The translations under genes and the position numbers were made by a program. Of a stretch of 64,000 nucleotides of DNA, positions 34,026 to 42,660 are shown one piece after another. The stretch is from Minisyncoccota bacterium. GTDB lineage: Bacteria > Patescibacteriota > Minisyncoccia > Phycocordibacterales > Phycocordibacteraceae. How positions within the stretch are numbered: position 1 is the first letter of the stretch; each line of letters opens with the position of its first letter. The notes under the pieces were generated by a model. It was not told the DNA's origin. It saw only the letters and a program-made list of their open reading frames with translations, and ran no database searches. Location: the NCBI GenBank assembly GCA_035547315.1, contig DASZVH010000004.1:12107-76106 (forward strand), given 5' to 3'.

Positions 34026-35045
34026 ATGTTCGGCTCCGCCGCTGAGTTTCTCGCTGCGTTTCCTTTTGAAGAGCCGCTTGGCGAACAGGTGAGCGCGCTC
34101 CTTGCGGGCGCGACGCGGGCGCCCTCCACCCACAACAGCCAGCCCTGGCGCTTTAAGATAGAGGCGCAGAGCGTGCGCATCTTTCGCGATACGAGCGTAA
34201 AGCTGCCGTACTCCGACCCGGTGAGCCGCTATGCGCATGTAAGCATCGGCTTCCTGCTCCAGCATCTTGCGGTGCTCGCGGATGCGCTCGGCATGGAGCC
34301 GCGCTTTGAGCTCGTGTGCCGCGAGGAGGAGATCGCGCGCGTCACCCTTGCTCCCGCAAAAGAGGGCAGCGCGCTCTCGCCGCTTGCCGAGGCCATCTTC
34401 ACCCGCAGGAACCGCCGCGGCGTCTTCACTGCCGCGAGCATCCCTGCGGAAATACTCGAGGCTGCGCAGGCAAACGACGCCTCGGCTCGCCTCGGGGTGG
34501 CGCCGGAGCTTCACGTCGAGAGCGACAGCGCGAAAGCTCGCGAGATAGGCGAGCTCACTTTCAAGAACATGGTGGCAGTCTATGAGCGGCCGGAATTCCG
34601 CGCGGAAATGTCCCGTTGGATCGCGCCTACCGGCTCGGGCCGCCTTACGGGCCTTCCCGGCTACTCGCTTAACCTGCCGATGCCGCTCACTTGGCTCTTG
34701 CCGCCCCTCATCAAGCACTTCAATATGGGAAAGCTTCCGGGCGCCGGCTCACGCGCGGCCATAGCCTCCGCCCCCGCGCTCTTTGGCTTTGCGAGCGCGG
34801 AGGAGCCGCGCGGGTGGGTGGCGGTGGGCTACGCCGCTTCCTACGCTGCACTCACGCTCGTCTCGCACGGGTACGACTACTCGGTCTTCGTCGCGACGAT
34901 CGAATACCCAGAGACACGCGCTCGGGTAGGTCAACTTCTCGGGCTCTCAATGCCGCTCCAATTCTTCTTCGTCGCAGGTAAACTCCCCGGTTCCGTTTCT
35001 TGGATGACGCCGCGGCTTCCGTTATCGGATAAAATAATGCCATGA
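34026..35045 (+). CDS. Acg-type nitroreductase-fold flavoprotein
   Basis: 'ATRAPSTHNSQPWRF', 'DP..RYAHVSIG', 'AIFTRRNRRGVF'. Confidence 0.82.
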   Translation: MFGSAAEFLAAFPFEEPLGEQVSALLAGATRAPSTHNSQPWRFKIEAQSVRIFRDTSVKLPYSDPVSRYAHVSIGFLLQHLAVLADALGMEPRFELVCREEEIARVTLAPAKEGSALSPLAEAIFTRRNRRGVFTAASIPAEILEAAQANDASARLGVAPELHVESDSAKAREIGELTFKNMVAVYERPEFRAEMSRWIAPTGSGRLTGLPGYSLNLPMPLTWLLPPLIKHFNMGKLPGAGSRAAIASAPALFGFASAEEPRGWVAVGYAASYAALTLVSHGYDYSVFVATIEYPETRARVGQLLGLSMPLQFFFVAGKLPGSVSWMTPRLPLSDKIMP

Positions 35046-36079
35046 CTCTGCGACTCCTCGACCCGAATATTGCTGCCGATGCAGCTGAAATCGCAGACTT
35101 TCGAGCCGGAGGATGGTTTTTTGTCGATACATACGATGAACAGCTTGCCGAGCTGCGCCAGATTCGGGATCCGAAATCGATAGGGAAGGAATCTGCCCCG
35201 CTTGCCGCAGATCCAGGCGAGCGGATCGCTGTCTATGACTGGCGCAAGGCTCTTGTTCGGATCGTGGGCCCCGAGGCGTATCGAGAATTGCGAACTAATC
35301 GTAACCGCGACCTCCTCACGAGCGAGGAGCAAGAACGCTTCGGTGCTGCGCGAATCGGTTTCGCCGGGCTCAACGTCGGCAATCCGGGAGCAGTTGCAAT
35401 TGCGCTCGAGGGCGGGGCCTCCTCGATGAAGCTCGCAGACTTCGATCCGCTCTCGCTCACCAATCTGAATCGTTTTCGCGCAGGCCTGCCCGACCTCGGC
35501 GTCAACAAAGCTACTCTTACCGCGCGCCAGATCCTCGAAGTGGACCCGTATTACGAGCTTGAGCTTTATGAAAAGGGGTTGGCACCTGATACCGTCGAGC
35601 CGTTCCTTACGGCGCCCAAACTCGACCTCCTGGTCGAAGAGATGGATGCGCTCCCGCTTAAGCTCTCGGTCCGTGAAGTGGCTAAGAAAGCAGGCATTCC
35701 GGTCATAATGGTGACGGGCAATAGCGAGGGCGTGCTGCTCGACGTCGAGCGCTACGACACAGAGCCCGACTTGCCGCTCTTGAATGGCCTTATGGAGGAG
35801 CGTGTCCTTAGCGCTATCCGCGAACCCAAAGGCCTGATGATTCCCGCGGAAAAGGTGGCGCTCGCGCGCGACTTCATGGGCATCAAGTATCTCGACTCGC
35901 GCCTTGTCGATTCCTTCGCTAAGTTCGGCACCGAGCTCGTAGGCATCCCCCAGCTCGCGGAATCTTCTTTCATGCGCGGTGCGGCGCTCTGCTTCGCCGC
36001 TAAAGCCATCATCCTCGGGCGGCCGCTCCCGTCTGGGCGATATAGCTTCTCCTTCGCCGAACAATTAAAGCCCGTATAG
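35042..36079 (+). CDS. ThiF/E1-like adenylyltransferase (Rv1355c-like)
   Basis: 'LRTNRNRDLLTSEEQ', 'IGFAGLNVG', 'ADFDPLSLTNLNR', 'LGVNKA', 'LLDVERYD', 'PQLA', 'SGRY'. Confidence 0.85.
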   Translation: MTLRLLDPNIAADAAEIADFRAGGWFFVDTYDEQLAELRQIRDPKSIGKESAPLAADPGERIAVYDWRKALVRIVGPEAYRELRTNRNRDLLTSEEQERFGAARIGFAGLNVGNPGAVAIALEGGASSMKLADFDPLSLTNLNRFRAGLPDLGVNKATLTARQILEVDPYYELELYEKGLAPDTVEPFLTAPKLDLLVEEMDALPLKLSVREVAKKAGIPVIMVTGNSEGVLLDVERYDTEPDLPLLNGLMEERVLSAIREPKGLMIPAEKVALARDFMGIKYLDSRLVDSFAKFGTELVGIPQLAESSFMRGAALCFAAKAIILGRPLPSGRYSFSFAEQLKPV

Positions 36080-36081
36080 AG

Positions 36082-37650
36082 ATGGAAGGCATACTCAACA
36101 TTGATCTGCTTTGGGTCGGACTCGCGGTAGCGGGGGCGGGCACGCTCGGCTTCACCATCTACTTTTCCGACCAGGAGAGCGCGACCGCGAAGGCGTTCCT
36201 CCTTTTCACTTCAGCAAGCATCTTCTGGAGTATCGCCAACTTCGCGAGCGCGCGCGTGAGCGACCCGACGGCCGTATTGTGGCTCATCCGGCTCGTTCTT
36301 TTCTGCGCCTCTTGGCACGCGTTCTCGTTCTTCCTCCTCGCGTATCAATTTCCCGAGCGTGCGGCACGGATCAGCAAGCGCCTCTTCTTCGCGCTTCTTT
36401 CTTGGACCGCGGTCGTCTCGATCGTCGTGCTTACGCCAGTCGTCTACGAGGCCGTCCTCGCCGTCTCGCCGTCCGTGAAAACGCAAACCGGCCCCGGCAT
36501 CGCTCTATTCGGCCTTACAGTCCTCTCGTATATCGGCGCTGGTCTTTATCAGCTCACGCGAAAATTCTTCCGCTCCGGCGGAGCCGAACGGCACCAGATG
36601 GAGGCGGTACTTACCGGCACTGCGCTTACGTTCGTATTCCTTATCGTCTTCGATTTCCTCTTTCCGGCGTTCTTCGACATTCCGACTCTGGTTCCCTATG
36701 GCGGGCTCTTCCTTCTCCCGTTCATCATGGGGGTTTCTTATGCCATCCTCCATTATCGGCTCTTCAATCTGCGGGTCGCGCTCTTCGGTCTCCTGACCTT
36801 CCTTCTTGCGACCGCGACGTTCTTCGACATCCTTCTCTCCGATACCGCCTGGTTGGTGCTCTATCGCGTCGTCGAGCTCGGGCTCGTCCTTACCGCCGGC
36901 ATCTGGCTTATCAAGAGCATGGTGCGCGAGTTCGAGCTCGAGCGAGAGCTCCAAGAGACCAACGCGCGGCAGGAGGGGCTTATCCACTTCATCGGGCATG
37001 AGGTGAAGGGCTTCCTCACCAAGGCGCAGGGCGTCTTCTCGCTCATGAGCGAGGGGGAGCTGGGGCCCGTGCCGGAGTCTATGCGTCCCTTCGTCGAGCG
37101 CGGGCTCGCGGATACCAAAGACGGCGTGGCGAGCGTCTCCGACATCCTCAAGGCGAGCAATTTGAAGAAGGGCACGGTGAATTATGAAAAAAAGCCCCTC
37201 GATCTCGCCGCACTCGTCAAAGAAACAGTAGAGAAAGAGAAGCCGACCGCAGAAAGGAAGAAGCTCGCGCTCCTCCTCGATATCGAGGGTGAAGGGTACC
37301 AGATGACCGGCGACGGCCCGCAAATAGCCGACCATGTGCTGCGGAATCTCATTGAGAACTCGATCAACTACACGCCCACAGGCTCGATCCACGTCTCGCT
37401 TAAGAAAGCGCCGGGTAAGTATGTCTTTGCGGTCTCGGACACCGGCATCGGTATAAGCGCGGAGGATAAAGCGCGGCTTTTCACCGAGGGCGGGCACGGC
37501 AAAGATTCGCAGAAGGTGAATGTCCACTCGACCGGCTACGGGCTCTTCATTGCCAAACAGATCGTCGAGGCGCACGGCGGCAGCATCTCCGCCTCATCCG
37601 AGGGCCCCGGCACGGGCTCGACCTTCACCGCCGAGTTCCCGGCGGGATAA
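36082..37650 (+). CDS. Sensor histidine kinase with multi-TM (7TM-type) input domain
   Basis: About 280-aa polytopic N-terminus, H-box 'IGHEVKG', N-box 'NLIENSINYT', 'DTGIG', 'GYGLFIAKQIVEAHGG'. Confidence 0.9.
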   Translation: MEGILNIDLLWVGLAVAGAGTLGFTIYFSDQESATAKAFLLFTSASIFWSIANFASARVSDPTAVLWLIRLVLFCASWHAFSFFLLAYQFPERAARISKRLFFALLSWTAVVSIVVLTPVVYEAVLAVSPSVKTQTGPGIALFGLTVLSYIGAGLYQLTRKFFRSGGAERHQMEAVLTGTALTFVFLIVFDFLFPAFFDIPTLVPYGGLFLLPFIMGVSYAILHYRLFNLRVALFGLLTFLLATATFFDILLSDTAWLVLYRVVELGLVLTAGIWLIKSMVREFELERELQETNARQEGLIHFIGHEVKGFLTKAQGVFSLMSEGELGPVPESMRPFVERGLADTKDGVASVSDILKASNLKKGTVNYEKKPLDLAALVKETVEKEKPTAERKKLALLLDIEGEGYQMTGDGPQIADHVLRNLIENSINYTPTGSIHVSLKKAPGKYVFAVSDTGIGISAEDKARLFTEGGHGKDSQKVNVHSTGYGLFIAKQIVEAHGGSISASSEGPGTGSTFTAEFPAG

Positions 37651-38994
37651 TCAGCCGAGGGCTCGTGCAAGCTCGGCAGGAGGGAGCTCTTTCTGCTCGC
37701 CAGTGGCAAGATCGCGCAGGACGACGACGCCTTTGGCGAAGTGCTCCTGCATCGCGATAAGCGCGTAGGGGAAGCCCTTTTTATTTGCGAAGGCGAGCTG
37801 CTTATCAAGCGGCTTCTCCTCGAGATAGATCTCGGCAGCGACCCCTGCGGCGCGCAACTCCTTTGCATAATTCAAATACTCCGCGAGGCGCTCGCGCTCT
37901 GCGGTGGTCACGAGTACTTTGGCGGGCGTCTGCGCCTTGGCCTCGACGATGCCGGCCTTGATAAGTCGGGCAAGGAGGCGGGAAACGCCTATGGAAATGC
38001 CGACGCCCGGGTACGCCTCTTTGGTGTAGGCGCTCGCGAGGCCATCGTAGCGGCCGCCCGAGGCGATCGAGCCAAGGTCAGGATGTTCATCGAGCGCAGT
38101 CTCGAAGACCGAACCGGTGTAGTAGGAGAGGCCGCGCGCGATCGAGAGGTCGATGGTGTAGCGCTCAGGCGGCACGCCCATGCTCTCTACGCCTTTGATG
38201 ACCTCCTTCAGCTCCGCAAGCCCTTCTTTGCCTTCGTCGTCGAGCCCGGCGCCTTCGAGGAAGGCGAGCGTTTCGACTGCCGAGCGCTTAGCAGGGAGAA
38301 ACTCGAGCAGCTCTTTTGCGCGCTCCTGCTGCATCCCGTGCGCGACAAGCGCGAGCGCGGTCTTCTCCTTGCCGGCCTTCTCCAAGCGGTCTATCGCGCG
38401 CATCAATTCCGGCATGGCGGCGTCTTCGCCGCCCATGTGGCGGATGATCGCCGCGAGCACCTTGCGGTTGTTGATGCGCACCGTGAAGGGGCCGAAGTCG
38501 AGCTCGGCGAAGATGCCGGCGATGACGGCGACCATCTCGGCGTCGTGGAGCAGCGAGAGCGCGCCGTGGCCGACCGCGTCGATGTCGGCCTGGAGGAACT
38601 CGCGATAGCGGCCGTCCTTCGCCCGCTCGCCGCGCAGCACCTTCCCGATGGCGGAGCGCCGGAAGGGGAAGGGGAGCTCGCGCGCGTGCGTCGCGACGTA
38701 TCGCGCCAAGGGGACGGTGTGGTCGAAGCGCAGCGCCAAGTCCTTTTCATCCGAGGCGCCTTCTTCCGGATTCAAGAGCCGGAGGCCGTAGATCTGATTA
38801 GCGATCTCGCCTTCGTTCTTCGCAGCCAAGACTTCGGGCCGCTCGACGAGCGGGGTCTCGAGCGGGGCGTAGCCGGCCGCCGCAAAATGCTTGCGGATGA
38901 CCGCGAGCATTCGCTCCTGCGCAATCGCCTCCGCCGGCCCCAGCGTGGGGAAGCCGCTTATGTCCTCGAGGAGGCGCTTAGGGAAATCAGCCAT
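37651..38994 (-). CDS. hisS: Histidine--tRNA ligase
   Basis: 'LRFDHTVPLARY', 'GRYREFLQADID', 'RGLSYYTG', 'SGGRYD', 'GISIGVSR'. Confidence 0.96.
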   Translation of the reverse strand: MADFPKRLLEDISGFPTLGPAEAIAQERMLAVIRKHFAAAGYAPLETPLVERPEVLAAKNEGEIANQIYGLRLLNPEEGASDEKDLALRFDHTVPLARYVATHARELPFPFRRSAIGKVLRGERAKDGRYREFLQADIDAVGHGALSLLHDAEMVAVIAGIFAELDFGPFTVRINNRKVLAAIIRHMGGEDAAMPELMRAIDRLEKAGKEKTALALVAHGMQQERAKELLEFLPAKRSAVETLAFLEGAGLDDEGKEGLAELKEVIKGVESMGVPPERYTIDLSIARGLSYYTGSVFETALDEHPDLGSIASGGRYDGLASAYTKEAYPGVGISIGVSRLLARLIKAGIVEAKAQTPAKVLVTTAERERLAEYLNYAKELRAAGVAAEIYLEEKPLDKQLAFANKKGFPYALIAMQEHFAKGVVVLRDLATGEQKELPPAELARALG

Positions 38995-39018
38995 TGGTCT
39001 TTACTATAGCGTACGTTA

Positions 39019-39096
39019 GTCGGGGTATGGAGGCATACCCCTTCCTCGCTCGCTCACTTTGCAAAATCATGATAATTTTGCAAAGTTCACTCGCTC
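39019..39096. repeat. Hairpin element upstream of tRNA-Met(CAT) carrying copies of the tRNA 5' end
   Basis: GTCGGGGTA at 39019, inverted TACCCC at 39036, CTTTGCAAAAT..ATTTTGCAAAG stem flanked by TCGCTCGCTCAC/TTCACTCGCTCG. Confidence 0.6.
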
Positions 39097-39170
39097 GTCG
39101 GGGTAGCTCAGTTGGTAAGAGCGTGGCATTCATAACGCCAAGGTCGTGGGTTCGACTCCCACCCTCGACA
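39097..39170 (+). tRNA. tRNA with CAT anticodon (elongator Met or Ile2)
   Basis: GTCGGGG/CCTCGAC acceptor, TAGCTCAGTTGGTAAGAGC D-arm, TTCATAA loop, GGTTCGACTCC. Confidence 0.9.
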
Positions 39171-39204
39171 CTGCAATTTTCCTCAGGATTTGGTAGGATG
39201 CGTT

Positions 39205-39363
39205 CACGCTTGCGGTAGTAAGCCCGCAGACGGGCTTGCTCCCGCTGCGTTCGGAAAAACCAGAAGCAAGCTTCTGATTTTCCTCACTTGCGGGAGTAAG
39301 TAGGCTTTCTCCCGCTGCGTTCGCTCGGAAAGAAAGAAAACGCCTTTCTTTCCTCACTCACTT
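39205..39363. repeat. Tandem REP-like hairpin array upstream of tRNA-Asp
   Basis: CTTGCGG(T/G)AGTA x3 (the third is the tRNA start), CTCCCGCTGCGTTCG x2, TTCCTCACT x2. Confidence 0.65.
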
Positions 39364-39437
39364 GCGGGAGTAGCTCAATTGGTTAGAGCGCCGCCCTGTC
39401 ACGGCGGAGGTTGCGGGTTCAAGTCCCGTCTCTCGCG
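39364..39437 (+). tRNA. tRNA-Asp(GTC)
   Basis: GCGGGAG/CTCTCGC acceptor, CCGCC-CTGTCAC-GGCGG anticodon arm, GGTTCAAGTCC. Confidence 0.95.
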
Positions 39438-39819
39438 CACCATAGGACGAATGGAGCGCAAAGCTTCATTTTGTCTTGCAGTTTCTTCGTTTATCTCCAG
39501 TTCTAACGAACGATACCGTTCTTCGATCGCGGGATAATCAGAAACCGTCTTCGTGTGCCAGTGCCTTTTCAATCAAGATTTTGACCCGCCGATCGTAATC
39601 CTTGGGAGGCTTCTTTTCCCGTCCAGTGGCTTGTCCGCGCATTACTGAGATTGTCTGTCATTCCTCGCCCTTAGGCAAACTCGCCCGGTTCGCGTAAAAA
39701 GCTAGCGCCAGCGCGAGTTTATGTTCAGGTCGCAGCTTTCCTCGACTTTTCGCCAAACTCGCGCCACCGACGAGCCGGTGCGACCTGGTGCGAGTAGGTT
39801 ACTGCACTGGTGCAGTAAA

Positions 39820-40179
39820 TCATCCAATTTTCCCAAATCGCGCGTCATTGATCATCTGTTCCCATGACGCGAAATAGAGCGGTGTGATGCGAGATGCAAT
39901 CCCCATGCCACTCGTGAAGATCGAGAAGTGCTGGATCTTTGCCTGCCGCTCCCTCGCGCCTTGATTGTAGAGAACGTAGAGATGATCCACTCCATTGCCG
40001 ACGCCTTTTTTCGAGTTCACACTCGTGATGTCGGCGAGCGGAATGTCGAGTACTTTTGTGCCGTCCTTTTTCTCAAACGATAGGCTCGTTCGCGTGAGCA
40101 CTAAACTTCCGTTTTTGCGACGTAGAAAACCGCCGAGATAGGTGAGCTTATTCTCTTTCTTGAGTATCTGATCCGCCAT
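39820..40179 (-). CDS. Hypothetical PH-like (GRAM-type) domain protein
   Basis: 'G.LVLTRTSLSFE...LDIPLADITSV' is the PH-like pattern. Confidence 0.6.
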   Translation of the reverse strand: MADQILKKENKLTYLGGFLRRKNGSLVLTRTSLSFEKKDGTKVLDIPLADITSVNSKKGVGNGVDHLYVLYNQGARERQAKIQHFSIFTSGMGIASRITPLYFASWEQMINDARFGKIG

Positions 40180-40488
40180 AATTGCGTGTTAGTGAGTAAA
40201 CACGGCGGGTACCACAAAACCCGCCACTAGGGTGGGGCTTGCGCCCCCATACCGGTTTCCCGATACGGCCAATCACGACGAGCCCTAATGACGGGTTTTC
40301 TGGTCGTGATTGGACTTCTGAACCATGCCAGCAACTCACGTCGCTGGTTTAGGCCCCGCTGCTTTCGCAGCTCTTTTATTCTACAGTGGTGGTTCCAGTC
40401 AAAGTGCCAGTATTGTCTTAAGGAAGGCCACCGAGTAATCGGCGGCCTTTATGCAACTTCGGCCATGCCGGTCCGGTACTATAAACAT

Positions 40489-40680
40489 ATGAATAAATTC
40501 ACTGACCTAGTGCTGATTATCGGCTTCTTAGCGGTCGACTTCCTCTTTTTCCATGACCTCTTTAAGGCGGGGGAGATAATTACCTTGCCGCAGTACCTTA
40601 CCGGCCTTCTCTCGATTATCGTGATCCTCCGCGCGCTCTGGTCGCTCTTTGGCGCTGAGTCCGCCGCGCGCCTCGCGTAA
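40489..40680 (+). CDS. Small two-TM membrane protein
   Basis: MNKFTDLVLIIGFLAVDFLFFHDLFK...YLTGLLSIIV; -10-like box immediately upstream. Confidence 0.55.
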   Translation: MNKFTDLVLIIGFLAVDFLFFHDLFKAGEIITLPQYLTGLLSIIVILRALWSLFGAESAARLA

Positions 40681-40746
40681 CTCTTCCCCAACATCCGCTC
40701 ATAGCGCCCCGCGTGCGGGGCACTGCGAGCTATACTAGAGAGCACG

Positions 40747-41079
40747 ATGAACATCGGGCAGCAGCACATCCATGCGAGGCGGCGACTCTTCAAACATCTT
40801 GAGCCGTTCCCCTCCAAGCACTTTGGCAAGCGCATCCTCGACTACGTTATCTATGTTGCTGCGATCGCGCAGCCTCTTGCGCTTGTCCCGCAAGCGCTCC
40901 TGGTGCTTGACGACGGCAGCGCCTCGGGCGCCTCTCCGCTTACCTGGGGCCTTCTTGGCATTATCGGCATCATGTGGGTCTTCTACGGCATCGTGCATAA
41001 AGAGAAGCCGATTGTCCTCTCCAACACGCTCTCGGTTGTGCTCGACTTCACGATCGTCTACGGAATCCTCCGCCACTAG
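40747..41079 (+). CDS. SemiSWEET/PQ-loop family transporter
   Basis: 'LVPQAL', 'SGASPLTW', 'MWVFYG...KPIVLSN'. Confidence 0.75.
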   Translation: MNIGQQHIHARRRLFKHLEPFPSKHFGKRILDYVIYVAAIAQPLALVPQALLVLDDGSASGASPLTWGLLGIIGIMWVFYGIVHKEKPIVLSNTLSVVLDFTIVYGILRH

Positions 41080-41137
41080 CGAGAGGGCGCGCGTGCATGT
41101 TAGTATCGCTTTTGCGCCGATCTAGCGCACATTTGTT

Positions 41138-41210
41138 GCCGATGTAGCTCAGTTGGTAGAGCAGCTCCATGGTAAGGAGCAGGTCGCCAGTTCGATCCTG
41201 GCCATCGGCT
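41138..41210 (+). tRNA. tRNA-Thr(GGT)
   Basis: GCCGATG/CATCGGC, GCTCC-ATGGTAA-GGAGC, GTTCGATCC. Confidence 0.95.
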
Positions 41211-41235
41211 CACGAGTAAGGTATAAAAATCGTAC

Positions 41236-41308
41236 GCCGGAGTAGCTCAGTTGGTAGAGCGAGGGTATCGTAAACCCTAGGTCGTCGGTTCAATCCCGAC
41301 CTCCGGCT
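41236..41308 (+). tRNA. tRNA-Thr(CGT)
   Basis: GCCGGAG/CTCCGGC, AGGGT-ATCGTAA-ACCCT, GGTTCAATCC. Confidence 0.95.
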
Positions 41309-41309
41309 C

Positions 41310-42173
41310 ATGGAGAAAGAGGCGCGACTGGCGGAATTGGAAGCGGCGATGGCCTCGCCGGAGTTCTGGAATGATAAAGAGGAGGCGCAAAAGCTCGTGC
41401 GCGAATATCAGCAGCTCAAGGAGGGCGCGGGCGGCGGGCACGAGGGCGGCGGCGCGACCTTGGCGATACTTGCGGGCGCGGGCGGCGACGACGCGGAGGA
41501 CTTCGCCGCGATGCTCGCCAAGATGTACAAAGGCTACGCGGCCGCAAAAGGCTGGAGCTTGAAGCAGCTCGACGACACGCCCTCCTCGGCTGGGTACCGC
41601 AGCGTGCTTTTTGAGATAACCGGAGCGGGGGCGTACAGCCGGTTGAAGCACGAGGCCGGCGTCCACCGGCTGGTGCGCATCTCGCCTTTCAACGCGCAGG
41701 GGAAGCGGCAGACAAGCTTCGCGCTCGTGGAGGTGCTCCCCATACTCGCGCCCTCCGAGAAGATAGAGCTGAAGCCGGAGGAGCTCGACATACAATTCGC
41801 CAAAGCCGGCGGCGCGGGCGGCCAGAACGTTAATAAAAGAGAGACAGCGGTGCGCATCGTCCACAAGCCGACCAATATTTCGGTACATGTCTCCTCGGAG
41901 AGAAGCCAGGCGGCGAACAAGGAGAAAGCGCACGAGCTCCTCGCTGCGAAATTATTTGCGCAGCAGGAGGAAGAGGCGAAGGCCCTCAAGGAGGGGCGCA
42001 GCATCGCCAAGACGACCGCCAACGAGTGGGGCAGCCAGATCCGCTCCTATGTCCTCCACCCCTATAAAATGGTCAAGGATCACCGCACCGGCCACGAGTC
42101 CGGCAACCCCGAGAAGGTCCTCGCCGGCGACCTCGATGGCTTCATCGACGCCGCTGCGGCAGAGCGGGTATAA
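41310..42173 (+). CDS. prfB: Peptide chain release factor 2 (shortened, no programmed frameshift)
   Basis: SPF tripeptide 'RLVRISPF', GGQ 'GGAGGQNVNK', 'WGSQIRSYVLHPY'. Confidence 0.92.
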   Translation: MEKEARLAELEAAMASPEFWNDKEEAQKLVREYQQLKEGAGGGHEGGGATLAILAGAGGDDAEDFAAMLAKMYKGYAAAKGWSLKQLDDTPSSAGYRSVLFEITGAGAYSRLKHEAGVHRLVRISPFNAQGKRQTSFALVEVLPILAPSEKIELKPEELDIQFAKAGGAGGQNVNKRETAVRIVHKPTNISVHVSSERSQAANKEKAHELLAAKLFAQQEEEAKALKEGRSIAKTTANEWGSQIRSYVLHPYKMVKDHRTGHESGNPEKVLAGDLDGFIDAAAAERV

Positions 42174-42183
42174 TCAAGACACG

Positions 42184-42315
42184 ATGGAGACCCGGATCGT
42201 CAATGGTCGCATTACGCTCGATTTGAAGCCCGCGCTCGGCAACCGCTCGCGCGGCGTGGAGGATGCCGCGATTCGGGAGAAGATCCGCTCGATCGTGGCG
42301 AAGGTAGTCGCATAG
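42184..42315 (+). CDS. Putative small protein (43 aa)
   Basis: METRIVNGRITLDLKPALGNRSRGVEDAAIREKIRSIVAKVVA. TATAAT at 42169; stop lies 2 nt before the next ATG. Confidence 0.4.
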   Translation: METRIVNGRITLDLKPALGNRSRGVEDAAIREKIRSIVAKVVA

Positions 42316-42317
42316 CT

Positions 42318-42629
42318 ATGGCGGTCTCGCGCGAACGATGGTCGGCGATGACGCTCGAGGAGCAGCTCGGCAATATCGGGAGCGAGGTCGGCCGTGCGGC
42401 GAAGTGGCAGGGGAAAGACGACGCGGCATTCTGGGGCGCGGTCACACGCGCGCTCGAGCTTCTCTGCCTCACGCAGCTTGACGCGCGCTGGCGCGCGCGC
42501 CGCGCGGAGCTCAATCGCGCGCAGGAGGCCTTTTGCGACGCCGTCCTCGGCGGCGCGCACTATCGGAGCACGCTCCCGGATCTCGAACGGTATTACGCGC
42601 AATTCGCGCTCCTTGCGCGCGCGCACTAA
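42318..42629 (+). CDS. Hypothetical helical protein
   Basis: 'MTLEEQLGNIGSEVGRA..RALEL' pattern; followed by a terminator. Confidence 0.7.
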   Translation: MAVSRERWSAMTLEEQLGNIGSEVGRAAKWQGKDDAAFWGAVTRALELLCLTQLDARWRARRAELNRAQEAFCDAVLGGAHYRSTLPDLERYYAQFALLARAH

Positions 42630-42630
42630 G

Positions 42631-42660
42631 AAAACCGGCGCTCGCGAGGAGCGCCGGTTG
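42631..42660. terminator. Hairpin terminator between convergent genes
   Basis: AACCGGCGCTC-GCGAG-GAGCGCCGGTT. Confidence 0.7.

Noticed and set aside
39019-39363. Possible CRISPR array
   Set aside because: Repeats are short, alternate in orientation and have no unique constant-length spacers; no cas genes are present.
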